64,000 nucleotides of DNA from Mobula hypostoma (lineage: Eukaryota). Each line of letters begins with the position of its first letter. The stretch's first letter is position 1. Under the pieces are notes generated by a model. The model ran no database searches and was not told the DNA's origin. It saw nothing but the letters and a program-made list of their open reading frames with translations. Positions 23,752-36,215 of this stretch are shown here, one piece after another. Made by a program: the position numbers and the translations under genes. The stretch covers positions 8,868,001 to 8,932,000 of the forward strand of contig NC_086101.1 in assembly GCF_963921235.1 (NCBI RefSeq). The letters are read 5' to 3'.

Positions 23752-25617
23752 CTATCAAATTTCAAGTTGGACTCAATCATTTTGTGATCACTGTGTCCTC
23801 GGTGTTCTATTACTTTAAACACCCTAATCACCCCCAGTTCATTCCATAACACCAAATCCAGTATTGCTGATCCCCCAGTAGGCTCAACGACAAACTGCTC
23901 TAAAAAGACATCTCATAGGCATTCAGCAAACTCACTCACTTGAGATCCATTTCCAACCTGATTTTCCCAATTGACCTGCATGTTGAAATCTCCCATAACT
24001 ATCATAACATTGCCCTTTTGACACTCCTTTTTCCATATCCTGTTGTAATTTATGGTCCACATCCCAGCTACTATTGGGAGGCCTGTATATACCCTTGCAG
24101 TTTCTTGACTCAACTCAGAAGGATTCAACATCTTCCAATCCTATGTTACGTCCTTCTATTGATTTAGAAACATAGAAACATAGTAAACACAGCACAATAC
24201 AGGCCCTTCAGCCCACAAAGCTGTGCCGAACACGTTCTTACCTTAGAAATTATGTCATTCTTTACCAGCAGAGACACGCCACCCACTCTGCCTGCCTTCC
24301 TGTCCCTCTAATACAACGTGTAACATTGGACATTCATCTCCCAACGACAACCATCCTTCAGCCACGATTCAGTGATGGCACAACATCATACTCAACAATC
24401 TGTAATAGTGCAACAAAATCATCCACCTTATTTCTTATCCTCTGTGCATTGAGATATAACACTTTGAGTACTGTATTTGCTACCCTTTTTGATTCTGCCT
24501 TCCTAAAGTACTGATACTCACCCTGTTGGCTGAGACTATGTCCCATCATCTGCCTGCTCTTCGTGACAGTCTGACTGGAGGCTATCTTTGTTTTTTTTTT
24601 ACCATACTGCCTATCCTGTCCCTTCACTCTGGTTCCCACCTCCTGCCAAATTAGTTTAAACCCTCCCAAACTGCTCTAACAAACCTGCCCGCGAGAATAT
24701 TGGTCCCCCTCGGTTCCAGGTGCAACTAGTTACTTTTGAACAGGTCGTACCTCCGCCAGAAGAGATCCCAATGGTCCAAGAACCTGAAGCCCTGTCCCTG
24801 CACCAGCATTTCAGCCACACATTAATTTGCCAAATCACAAACAAGCGAAAATCTGTAGATGCTGGAAATCCGAGCGACACAAACAAAATGCTGGAGGAAA
24901 TCAGCAGGCAGGGAAAATCTACGGAACAAAAGTACACTTGACGTTTCGGTCTGAAATCCTTCGGCAGGACTGGAGGAAAAAAGCTGAGGAGTAGATTTGA
25001 AAGGTGGGGCAAGGAGAGAGAGAAACGCCAGGAGATACGTGATGGAGGGATGAAGCAAAGAGCTAGCAAGTTGACTGGTGAAAGAGACAGAAGGCCATGG
25101 AAGAAAGAAGAAGAAAGGGGAGGGGGAGGAGCACCAGACGGAGGCGATGGGTGGGCAAGGAGATAACGTGAGAGAGGGAAAGGGGATGGTAAATGGTGAA
25201 GGGTGGGGGGAGATGGATGCATTACTGGAAGTTTGGGAAATCGATGTTCATGCCATCAGGTTGGAGGCTGTCCAAACAGAATATAAGGTGTTGTTCCTCC
25301 ACCATAAGTGTGGCCTTATCATGACGATAGAGAAGGCCATGGAGGGACATTTGGGAATGGGAAGTGGAAGTAAAATGGGTGACCATTGGGTGATCCTGCT
25401 TTTTCCGGCAGACGGAGCATAGACGCTCAGCGAAGCGGCCTGCCAATCTACGTCGGGTATCACGGGCAGACAAGAGGCCACGCCGGGAACTCTGAACACA
25501 GCATATGACCCTAACAGACTCACAGGTGAATTGTCACCTCACCTGGAAGGACTGTTTGGGGCTCTGAATGGAAGTGAGGGAGGAGGTGTAGGGGTGGGTG
25601 AAGCACCTTTCTGCTTG

Positions 25618-26077
25618 CAAGGATAAGTGTCAGGAGGGAGATCAGTGGGGATGGACGGATGGACAAGGATAAGTGTCAGGAAGGAGATCGGTGGGGAGGG
25701 ACGGATGGACAAGGATAAGTGTCAGGAGGAAGATCAGTGGGGAGGGACGGATGGACAAGGATAAGTGTCAAGAGGGAGATCAGTGGGGAGGGACGGATGG
25801 ACAAGGATAAGTGTCAGGAGGAAGATCAGTGGGGAGGGACGGATGGACAAGGATAAGTGTCAGGAGGGAGATCAGTGGAGAGGGACGGATGGACAGGGGT
25901 AAGTGTCAGGAGGGAGATCAGTGGGGAGGGACAGATGGACAAGGATAAGTGTCAGGAAGGAGATCGGTGGGGAGGGAAGGATGGACAAGGATAAGTGTCA
26001 GGAGGGAGATCAGTGGGGAGGGATGGATGGACAAGGATAAGTGTCAGGAGGGAGATCAGTGGGGAGGGACGGATGGA
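25618..26077. repeat. 46-bp minisatellite, 10 copies, derived from PLE RT-EN linker
   Basis: Unit caaggataagtgtcaggagggagatcagtggggagggacggatgga begins at 25618, 25664, ... 26032. Confidence 0.97.
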
Positions 26078-26444
26078 CAGGGAGTCGTGTAGGGAGTGAT
26101 CCTTGCAGAAAGCAGAAAGTCAGGGGGAGGAGGGAAAGATGTGTTTGGTGGTGGAATCTCGTTGGAGGTGGCAGAAGTTTCGGAGAATTATGCGCTGGAT
26201 GCGGATGTTGGTGGGGTGGTAGGTGAGGACAAGAGGAACCCTATCCCTGGCAGCATGATGGCAGGAGGATGAGGTAAGAACAGACATGTGTGAAATGGAA
26301 GAGATGTGGTTGAGGGTAGCGTTGATGGTGGAGGAAGGGACCCGATGTCTTTTATAAACCAACAGGCTCTCACAGCCCACATCACGCACTTCCCGTTTCT
26401 ACCTCTTACCCAAAATCCACAAACCTGCTTGTCCAGGTAGACCC

Positions 26445-26636
26445 GAGCAAATCTGCAGATGCTGGAATTTTAAGCAACACAGAAAAGTTGCTGGTGAACG
26501 CAGCAGACCAGGCAGCATCTCTAGGAAGAGGTACAGTCGATATTTTGGGCCGAGGCCCTTGGCCTGAAAGGTCGACTGTACCTCTTCCTAGAGATGCTGC
26601 CTGGCCTGCTGCGTTCACCAGCAACTTTGATGTGTG
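26445..26636. mobile_element. Palindromic mini-element made of two PLE tails
   Basis: Arms caacac..gttgctggtgaacgcagc..ctaggaagaggtacagtcga and its reverse complement; TSD ttgtccaggtagaccc / ttgtccaggtagagcc. Confidence 0.88.
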
Positions 26637-26789
26637 TTGTCCAGGTAGAGCCATTGTTTCAGCTTGTTCCTGCCTTACTGAACTCATAGCTGCATTTCTA
26701 GACTCTGTTTTATCCCCCCTGGTTCAGTCCCTTCCCACTTACATCCGTGACACCACACACACTCTTGACCTTTCAGGTACCCTGGCCCC

Positions 26790-27369
26790 TGTTGTAGCGT
26801 GGGTGAAATCACTGGAGAGACAGAGTCACTGGTAGATACAAAGCAGCTTCTTTATTCAACACAACAAGATACAGCAGGCATCATATGGACGGAGATGCTC
26901 AAGGTAGAAAGGTCTGCTAGCCCAATGTGGGCTCGATATTTATATGCTAAACACAAAAGGCAATTCCTATTTAGCAAGTTACAGACAATGCATAGACAAT
27001 GCTTTCTTTTGAAGCTACAAACAAAACATTACACCTTCTGACTTCACCCTTTCCTCGTGACGCCAACATGTCTGGGTTGGTACTCACAGCCTTTAGGAGT
27101 GCAAGTCAAAGCCACAATACATTTATTTGGTATCTTATGTGCTAACATAGAGGACAATTAATATGTATGAAGTATGGATAAGGCTGTCTTCGAAATTACC
27201 TGTAAACTTCACACTTCCATCCGCAGCGCCTGGCTAGTATTCTGATATTCACAGCCTTTAGGAAATGCGTTGTTGTGAACTCAATCCACAGTACTTTGTC
27301 AAACAGGAGACTGGTGGTCAGAGTGATTTAACTGTAAATGAATCATCTACCCCAAAACTCACTCTAACA
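26790..27369 (-). mobile_element. Probable solo LTR, 580 bp (second family)
   Basis: TGTTG...TAACA termini; 5-bp flanks GCCCC/GCCCT; minus-strand AATAAA at 26851-56; cleanly interrupts PLE RT. Confidence 0.7.
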
Positions 27370-28878
27370 GCCCTCATCATCTTATTTTTACTATGGATGT
27401 CCCAGCCCCTGTACACCTCCATCCCCCACCAGGAAGGCCTCAAAGCTCTCCGTTCCTTTCTGAACACCAGTCCCAACCATGGATGGACATATCCATTCCC
27501 ATCCACCACCACTCTCCTCCGCCTAGCGGAACATCCTCACTCTAGATAATTTCTCCTTTGGGTCCTCCCACTTCCTTCAAACAAAAGGGGTAGCCATGGG
27601 CACTTACATGGGTCCCAGCCATGCCTGCATGTTTATTGGCGACCTGGAACAGTTTATGTTGCAATCCTGCACTGGTGACTGCCCCGCACTTTTCTTTCGT
27701 TACATCAACAACTGTATCGATGCTGCTTCCTGTGTCCGTGCTGAAATTGTCGATTTCATCCACTTTGACTCCAACTTTCACCCTGTCCTCAGATTCACCT
27801 GGTCCATTTCCGACACTTCCTTTCCCTTTCTCGATCTCACAGTTTATATCTCCGGAGACAGCTTATCCACCGATGTCTATTATAGATCAACAGACTCTCA
27901 CAACTACCTGGACTATACCTCGTCCAACCCTGCTACTTGTAAAAACGCCATCGCCTTCTCTCAATTCCTCCACCTTCATCGCATCTGCTCTCAGGATGAG
28001 GCTTTTCATTCCAGAACGAAGGAGATGTCCTCCTTTTCCAAGGAAAGGGGCTTCCCTTCCTCCACCATCAACGCTGCCCTCAACCGCAGCTCTTCCATTT
28101 CACACATATCTGCTCTTATGCCATCCTCCGGCCATGCTACGAGTGATAGGGTTCTTCTTGTCCTCGCCTACCACCCCAACTGCCTCCACGTCCTGCACAT
28201 AATATTCTGAAACTTCCGCCATGTCCAACGGGATCCCACCACCAAACACATCTTTCCCTCCCCCGCCTCCCACTTTCTGCTTTCCACAGGGATTGCTCCC
28301 TACATGATTCCCTTGTCCATTCACCCCTCCCCACTGGTTTCCTTCCTGGCTGTTATCCTTGCAAGCAGAACAAGTGCTACACCTGCCCCTACATCTCCTC
28401 CCTCACTACCATTCAGGGCCCCAATCAGTCTTTCCAGGTGAGGTGTCACTCCAGGTGACTGGAGACCACTTCTCCGAGCATCTACGCTCCGTCTGCCAGA
28501 ACAAGCGTGATCTCCCAATGCCACCCATTTTAATTCCACTTCCCATTCCGATATGTCTGTCCATGGCCACCTCCTCTGTCGGGATAAGGCCACACTAATG
28601 TCGGAGGAACAACACCTTATATTCCATTTGGGTAGCCTCCAACCTGATGGCATAAACATCGATTTCGCAAACTTCCAGTAATGCCTCCACAATCCGACCC
28701 TTCAACATTCCCCATCCCTTTTTCATCTCTCATGGTATCTACTTGCCTGAACACTGCCTCCCTCTGGGGCCCTCCCCCCACCCCCCCCCAGCCTTCTTTC
28801 TTCCATGGCCTTCTGTCTCTTTCACCAATCAACTTCCTAGCTCTTTGCTTCATCCCTCCCCTACCGAGTTTCACCTAT

Positions 28879-29649
28879 CTTAAACACAAAATAATCTGCA
28901 GATGCTGGGGTCAAAGCAACACTCACAACACGCTGGGGGAACTCAGCAGGTCGGGCAGCATCCGTGCAAACGAACAGTCAACGTTTCAGGCCGGAACCCT
29001 TCGTCAGGACTGAAGAGGGAAGGGGCAGAGGCCCTATAAAGATGGTGAGGGGAGGGTGGGAAGGAGAAGGCTGGTAGGTGCCAGGTGAAAAACCAGTAAG
29101 GGGAAAGATAAAGGGGTGGGGGAGAGGAAGCAGGGAGGTGATAGGCAGGAAAGGTGAAGAAGGAATAGGGTAAAACACAATGGGTAGTAGAAGGAGGCGG
29201 AACCATGAGGAAGGTGATGGGCAGCTGGGGGAGGGGACAGAGTGAAACTGGGATGGGGGACGGGAGGGGGAGGGAATTACCGGAAGTTGGAGAATTCAAT
29301 GTTCATACCAATGGGCTGGAGACTACCCAGACGGTATATGAGGTGTTGCTCCTCCAACCTGAGCTTAGCCTCATCATGGCAGTAGAGCAGGCCATGTATG
29401 GGCATATCCAAGTGGGAATGTGAATCAGAGCTGAAGTGGGTGGCAACCGGGAGATCCTGTTCATTGTGGCGGACGGAGTGGAGGTGCTCGACGAAGCGGA
29501 CCCCCAATCTGTGTCGGGTTTCACCGATGCAGAGAAGGCCTCACCGGGAGCACAGGATGCAATAGATGACCCCAACAGACTCACAAGTGAAGTGTTGCCT
29601 CACCTGGAAGGACTGTTTGGGGCCCTGAATGGTGGCAAGAGAAGAGGTG
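28879..29649 (-). mobile_element. PLE 3' end of a second subfamily, nested in a PLE UTR
   Basis: FTCESVGVIYCILCSR, LGSLQPIGMNIEFSNFR; TSD TCACCTAT (28871-78 / 29650-57). Confidence 0.88.
28975..29012 (-). ncRNA. Minimal hammerhead ribozyme, GUU variant
   Basis: cagtc-CTGACGA-agggttccggcct-GAAA-cGTT-gactg. Confidence 0.75.
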
Positions 29650-30099
29650 TCACCTATGGCCTGGCGTTTCTCTCTCTCCTTCCCACACCTTCCAAATCTA
29701 CTCCTCAGCTTTTTTTTCTTCAGTCCTGCTGAAAGGATTTGGCCCAAAACATTGACTGTACTTTTTTGCATAGATGCTGCCTGGCCTGCTGAGTTCCTCC
29801 AGAATGTAATAAATCATCCTGTTTCTACCCTCACTTGTGTGTGGCATAGGCATCAATCAAGAAATTACTTCCTGGGAGGTCCTGCTTCTCAGCTTTCTTC
29901 CGAGCTCTCTAAATTCTCTTTCCAGGACCTCCTTGCTCTGCGCTAACTGCCTATTCACATTTCCATTTCTCCTGACAGACTCCCAGCTACTCGCCTCCTG
30001 CAGCTTCGGGGTGACTACTTCCCTGTAACTCTGGTCAATTATCTCCTTACTCTCCTCTGCAATCCAAAGATCATTCAGCTGCTGCTCCAGATCCCAAAA

Positions 30100-30830
30100 A
30101 TCTCCAAGGACTTGGGAGACCTTGTGCAGAACACCTTCAAGGTTAACTTGCAGGTTGAGTAGGTGGTGAGGAAGGCAAATGCCATGTTAGCATTCATTTC
30201 AAGAGGTCTAGAATACAAGAGCAAGGATGTGATGCTGAGGCTTTATAAGGCACTGGTGAGGCTTCACCTTGATTATTGTGAACAGTTTTGGGCCCCTCAT
30301 CTTAGAAAAGTTGTGTTGGTATTGGAGAGGGTCCAGAGGAGGTTCACATGAATGATTCCGGGAATGAAATGGTTATCACATGAGTAAAGCTTGATGGCTC
30401 TGGGTCCGTACTGGCTGGAATTCAGAAGGATGAGGGCGGATTTCATTGAAACCTTTCGAATGTTGAAAGGCCTAGACAGCGTAGATGTGGAACAGATGTT
30501 TCCCACAGTAGGAGAATCCAAGACATGAGGGCACAGCCTCAGGATAGAGGGGCACCCTTTCAAAACACAAATGCGGAGAAATTTCTTTCACCAAAGAGTG
30601 GTGAATTTGTGGAATTTGCTGCCACATGCAGTTGTGGACACCAGGTCGTTGGGTGTATTTAAGGCAGAGATTGATAGGTTCTTGATTGGACATGGCATCA
30701 AAGGTTACAGGGAGAAGGCCGGAACCTGGAGTTGAGGAGGAGAAAGAAAAAGGATCAGTTATTATTGAATAGCGGAGCAGACTCGATGGGCCAGATGGGC
30801 TAATTCTGCTCCTATGTCTTATGGTCTTGT
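30100..30830 (+). mobile_element. CR1 3' fragment
   Basis: KANAMLAFISRGLEYKS, LERVQRRFT; cttatggtctt tail. Confidence 0.88.
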
Positions 30831-31068
30831 GCTCTAATATGGCCTTCAGGGAGCTGGAGCCGGATGCACTTCACACAGATGGTGTTCACTGGGAGACTCT
30901 GGTCTCCCAGGACTCCAACATCCAGCATGATGAACACACAACAGCTGTTTACTACACGAGGTACAGTAAGAGAAAAAAAGGGACCCTTAACATAAGCTAA
31001 CCCAGAGCCAACGCCTCTTTAGAGCTGAAGACTCCTTTGTGCCAAAGCCAGACACTCCTACCCTCACC

Positions 31069-31362
31069 TACTACTACGATGTTGACTCAGGCCTAGGGGG
31101 CCGGCGTCGGGAACGATGACGGACTCTCCACTTCTCCCTCTCCCTCATCAGTGTGTTCAGTTCATCCACATTAGCCGTGCCGCTGTCTTCTGGGAGCGTG
31201 TTGACCATAGTCTTGGGAGGGCACCCAGGGTTTATCCTCCCATGCTTGGGTTCCCATATGATGATTAGGCTGGCAGGTAGCTCGGGGTGGCATAGACAGT
31301 GCCCCGCTAGTTGCAGTCTTCTCGCCTCGATTTTTGATTATGGCATTATGATGACAGACAAC
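31069..31362 (-). mobile_element. RTE LINE 3' fragment
   Basis: Minus frame KIEARRLQLAGHCLCHPE..IWEPKHGR; (tag)n tail; TSD CCTACCCTCACC (31057-68 / 31363-74). Confidence 0.82.
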
Positions 31363-32165
31363 CCTACCCTCACCACTGACCTATTTCCAACAATGGCCGC
31401 TCCACTTGTTCCTTCCATACTTTTAAACAAGCGTCGCCAACCTGCGAGGAACCTCATCGCTGAGGCCTGCTCCTGCCGCTGATTGGGCCGTCAGAATGAG
31501 GCCAAACGCCTGCGAAGCTCTCCTTTTAAACAAGTGTCACCAACCTGATGGAAACCTCATCACTGTAGTCTGCTCATGTCTCTGATTGGGTCGTCAGAAT
31601 TGAAATTAATTCCGGCACCAACCCCACCTGTTGGGAAGCATCACTGTCACATGTTCAGCTGGAGATGTCAAATCCCTGAACAGACCAACACAGGGGGCAA
31701 CATACGACCAATACACGGCACTGTTATGTGAACCACTGCATCCTGATCCCATTCACACTGGACAAATACGCCATTGCATGAGTTTGAATCCCAACAGAGT
31801 ATCTTTGGAATTAACATTCAATGAATGACATTAAAGGGGATAAAATCTGGTATCACTGTGGTGACAGGGATTGTCAGAAAAATACACCAGTCCTTCGTGC
31901 CGCTCACCCTGTCTGACCTGTCCGTGACCGCAGTCTGATTGACTCGGCTCTGTCCCCTGCTGGACTCGCGAGTCTCACTGTTGTTATCAAACCATCACAT
32001 TGAAGCATTGTCAGACTGAGCCCGGAGGACACGCCAACCAGCATTGACCATGGTGAATGATGGGATAAGATCATGTAACCAGCCTAGCAAATCTCGGTTA
32101 CACACTTGCACAAGGACGATCGATAGATTGTAGTCAGAGCATCAGCGTTGCACATTGTCAGTTTC

Positions 32166-32167
<2 letters not shown>

Positions 32168-32223
<56 letters not shown>
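32168..32223. repeat. (AC)28 microsatellite
   Basis: Perfect dinucleotide run. Confidence 0.98.
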
Positions 32224-32224
<1 letters not shown>

Positions 32225-33069
32225 AGTGATAAATAACCCAGATACACCAGCAGACTGGAACACATCTTCAGAGACACGACACAAATTTACACTTAAGAAT
32301 GAAGTCTGCCACCTTTATTCAATCTACCTATTTCTGTGGCACTGAACTGCCCTCTGAACTGACGTCACACCAACAGTTCACAGACAGACTCCAGGGTGAG
32401 ATTCCTCAGGAGGATGATCTGGGAAGGGGTTTGGTAGATGTTGAACCCATGGCCCAACTCATCCATCCGGGCTAAGATGTCTTCTTGAGTATATCCCATT
32501 TCCGTGTGTTTGTCCCATATCCCTCTAACCATTCTTATCCGTGTACCTGTCTGAATGTATTTGAAAATATTTTAATTATACCATAGACCATAAGACTAAG
32601 ATATAGGAGCAGAATTAGGCCATTTTGCCTATTGAGTGTGCTCTGCCATTTCATCATAGCTGATCCAATTTTCCTCTCGGTCCCAATCTCCTGCCATCTC
32701 CCCATATCCCTTCATGCCCTGACCAATCAAGAATCTATCACCCTCTGACTTAAATATAGATAAAAGGCTTCAATAGCAGCTTGTGGCAAAGAATTCCACA
32801 AATTCATCACTGTCTGACTACAGAAATTCCTCCAAATCTCTGTCCTAACAGAATGCTTCCCCATTTTGAGACTGTGTCTTCTGGCCTTAGAGACTCCCCC
32901 ACCATAGGAAACATCCTCTCCATATCCACTCTGTCAAAGTCTTTCACCATTCGGTAGGTTTCAATGAGATCACCCCTCATTCTTCTGAATTCCAGTGAAT
33001 ACAGGCCCACAGCCATCAAACACTCTTCATATAACAAGCCATTCAACCTGGAGCCATTTTCATGAACCT

Positions 33070-36000
33070 CAATAGATAATAGACAATAGGTGCAGGAGTA
33101 GGCCATTCGGCCCTTCCAGCCAGCACCGCCATTCACTGTGATCATGGCTGATCATCCACAATCTGTTTCCAGTTCCTGCCTTATCACCATAACCTTTGAT
33201 TCTGCTATCTTTAAGAGCTCTATCCATCTCTTTCTTGAAAGCATCCAGAGACTTGGCCTCCACAGCCTTCTGGGGCAGAGCATTCCATATATCCACCACT
33301 CTCTGGGTGAAAACGTTTTTCCTCAACTCCGTTCTAAATGGCCTACCCCTAATTCTTAAACTGTGGCCTCTGGTTCTGGACTCACCCATCAGCGGGAACA
33401 TACTTCCTGCCTCCAGCGTGTCCAATTCCTTAATAATCTTATATGTTTCAATAAGATCCCCTCTCAGCTTTCTAAATTTCAGAGTATACAAGCCCAGTCG
33501 CTCCAATCTTTCAACATATGACAGTCCCGCCATCCCGGGAATTAACCTTGTGAACCTACGCTGCATTCCCTCAATAGCAAGAATGTCCTTCCTCAAATTT
33601 GGAAACCAAAACTGCACACAGTACTCCAGGTGTGGTCTCACCAGGGCCCTGTACAACTGCAGAAGGACCTCTTTGCTCTTATACTCAATTCCCCTTGTTA
33701 TGAATTCAGCATGCCATTAGCTTTCTTCACTGCCTGCTGTACTTGCATGCTTGCTTTCAGTGACTGATGTACAAGAACACCTAGATCTCGCTGTACTTCC
33801 CCTTTTCCTAACTTGATTCCATTTAGATAATAATCTGCCTTCCTGTTCTTACCACCAAAGTGGATAACCTCACATTTATCCACATCAAGCTGCGTCTGCC
33901 ATGCATCTGCCCACTCACCCGGCCTGTCCAAGTCACCCTGCATTCTCATAACATCCTCCTCACATTTCACACTGCCACCCAGCTTTGTGTCATCGGCAAA
34001 TTTGCTAATGTTACTTTTAATTCCCTCATCTAAATCATTAATATATGTCGTAAACAGTTGCGGTCCCTTCACTGAACCCTGCGGTACCCCAGTGGTCACC
34101 GCCTGCCATTCCGAAAGGGACCCGTTAATCGCTACTCTGTTTTCTGTCAGCCAGCCAATTTTCAATCCATGTCAGTACTCTGCCCCCAATACCATGTGCT
34201 CTAATTTTGCCCACTAACCTCCTATGTGGGACTTTATCAAAGACTTTCTGAAAGTCCTGGTACACTACATCCACTGGCTCTCCCTTGTCTGTTTTCATAG
34301 TTATATCCTCAAAAAATTCCAGAAGATTAGTCAAGCACGATTTCCCCTTCATAAATTCATGTTGACTCGGACTGATCTTGTTACTGCTATCCAGATGTGT
34401 CGTAATTTCATCTTTTACAATTGACTCCAGCATCTTTCCCACCACCAATGTCAGGCTAACCGGTCTATAATTCCCTGTTTTCTCTCTTTCTCCCTTCTTG
34501 AAGACAGGGACAACATTAGCCACTCTCCAATCCACAGGAACTGATCCTGAATCTATAGAACATTAGAAAATGATTACCGCTGCGTCCACGATTTCTAAAG
34601 CCACTTCCCTGGGATGCAGACCATCAGGTCCCGGGGACTTATTAGTCTTCAGACCTAACAGTCTATCTAACACCATTTCCTGACTAATTAAAATTTCATT
34701 CAGTTCATCCATTACCCTAAATCCTTTGGTCACTATTCTATCTGGGAGATTGTTTGTGTCTTCCCTAGTGAAGACAGATCCAAAGTACCTGTTCAACTCA
34801 TCTGCCATTTCCTTGTTCCCCATAATGAATTCACCCGTTTCTGTCTGCAAGGGCCCAACTATGGTCTTAACTACTTTTTTTTTTCCTTTTCACATATCTA
34901 AATAAGCTTTTACTATCCTCCTTTATATTCTTGGCTAGTTTACCTTCGTACCTCATTTTTCTCCGGGTATTGCCTTTTTGGTTACCTTCTGTTGCTCTTT
35001 AAATTTTCCCAATCTTCCGGCTTCCCACTCGTCTTTGCCATGTTATACCTCTTATCTTTTATTTTTATACTGTCCATTACTTCCCTTGTCAGCCACGGCC
35101 TACCCTTACTCCCCTGAGGATCTTTCTTCCTCTTTGGAGTGAACTGATCCTGCACCTTCCGCATTATTCCCAGAAACACTTGCTATTGCTGTTCCACTGT
35201 CATCCCTGCTAGGGTATTGTTCCATTGAACTTTGGCCAGCTCCTCCCTCATAGCACCATAATTCCCTTTGTTCAACTGTAATACTGACACTTTCGAATTT
35301 CCCTTCTCCCTCTCAAATTGTAGATTAAAACTTATAATATTATGGTCACTACCTCCTAATGGCTCCTTTACCTCGAGGTCCCTGATTAAATCCGGTTCAT
35401 TGAACAACACTAAATCTAAAATTGAGTTCTCTCTGGTAGGCTCTAGTACAAGCTGTTCTCAGAATCCATCTCAGAGGGACTCCACAAACTCCCTTTCTTG
35501 GGGTCCAGTACCAACCTGATTCCTCCAGTCGACCTGCCTGTTGAAGTCCCCCATAACAGCTGTAGCATTACCTTTGTGACATGCCAATTTTAACTCTTGA
35601 TTCAACTTACACCCTACATCCAGACTACTGTTTGGGGGCCTGTAGATAACTCCCATTAGGGTCTTTCTACCCTTAGAATTTCTCAGTTCTATCCATACTG
35701 ACTCTATGTCTCCTGATTCTATGTCCCCCCTCGCAAGGGACTGAATATCATTCCTCATCACAGAGCCACCGCACCCCCTCTGCCCATCAGTCTGTCCTTT
35801 CGATAGGACGTGTTCCCTTGAATATTCATTTCCCAGGCCCTGTGCACTTGAAACCATGTCTCTGTTATTCCCACAACATCATACTTACCAATTTCCAACG
35901 GTGACTCAAGATCATCTACTTCATTTCTTGTACTCTGTGCATTCATATATAATACTTTTAATTCATTACTCCCCTCAACTCCCATATCAATTCCTATTTC

Positions 36001-36215
36001 ACTTGGCCATACTGTAAGATCCCTTCTTGAGCTTTCGGCTCTGTTGATTCTGCTGTCTTTCTTAACTTTTCTTATTCTCACTTTCCCTTTATCTCCATCC
36101 TTATGTTTCCAGTTTGTCCCCTCCCCGCCCCCACTACTTAGTTTAAACACACCCGTGTTGCTGAGGCAAACATGCCTGCCAGAATGCTGGTGCCCCGCTT
36201 ATTAAGGTGCAACCT
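33070..36215 (-). mobile_element. CR1 with nearly complete, frameshifted ORF2 (APE endonuclease + RT), inserted in an older minus-strand CR1 (32581-33069, 36216-37533)
   Basis: LKVLYMNAQS, VGITETW, GVIYRPPNS, MGDFN, SDHNII, KFADDTK, RPHLEYC; tattgtc-type tail at ~33070-33087. Confidence 0.92.

Larger units (their letters stand above)
24838..29810. mobile_element. Composite PLE insertion with inverted arms (minus arm 24838-~26350, plus arm ~26375-29810)
   Basis: RT ORF 27596-28210; GIY-YIG remnants in both arms; degenerate hammerheads at ~24938-24972 and 29721-29758; TSD AAATCA (24832-37 / 29811-16) in CR1 ORF1. Confidence 0.82.
19000..31610 (-). mobile_element. Old near-full-length CR1 split by many nested insertions
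   Basis: Collinear minus-strand pieces: 3' end/RT 19000-19588, RT 21776-22890, endonuclease/ORF1 23752-24837, ORF1 29811-30100 and 30830-31060, putative 5' UTR ~31375-31610. Confidence 0.75.

Noticed and set aside
25618..26077. Regular repeat array resembling CRISPR
   Set aside because: Head-to-tail units with no unique spacers, no cas genes and a eukaryotic context; the unit is PLE coding sequence.
32084..32345. ORFs with CVCV/HTHT runs
   Set aside because: Translations of the (AC)n microsatellite.
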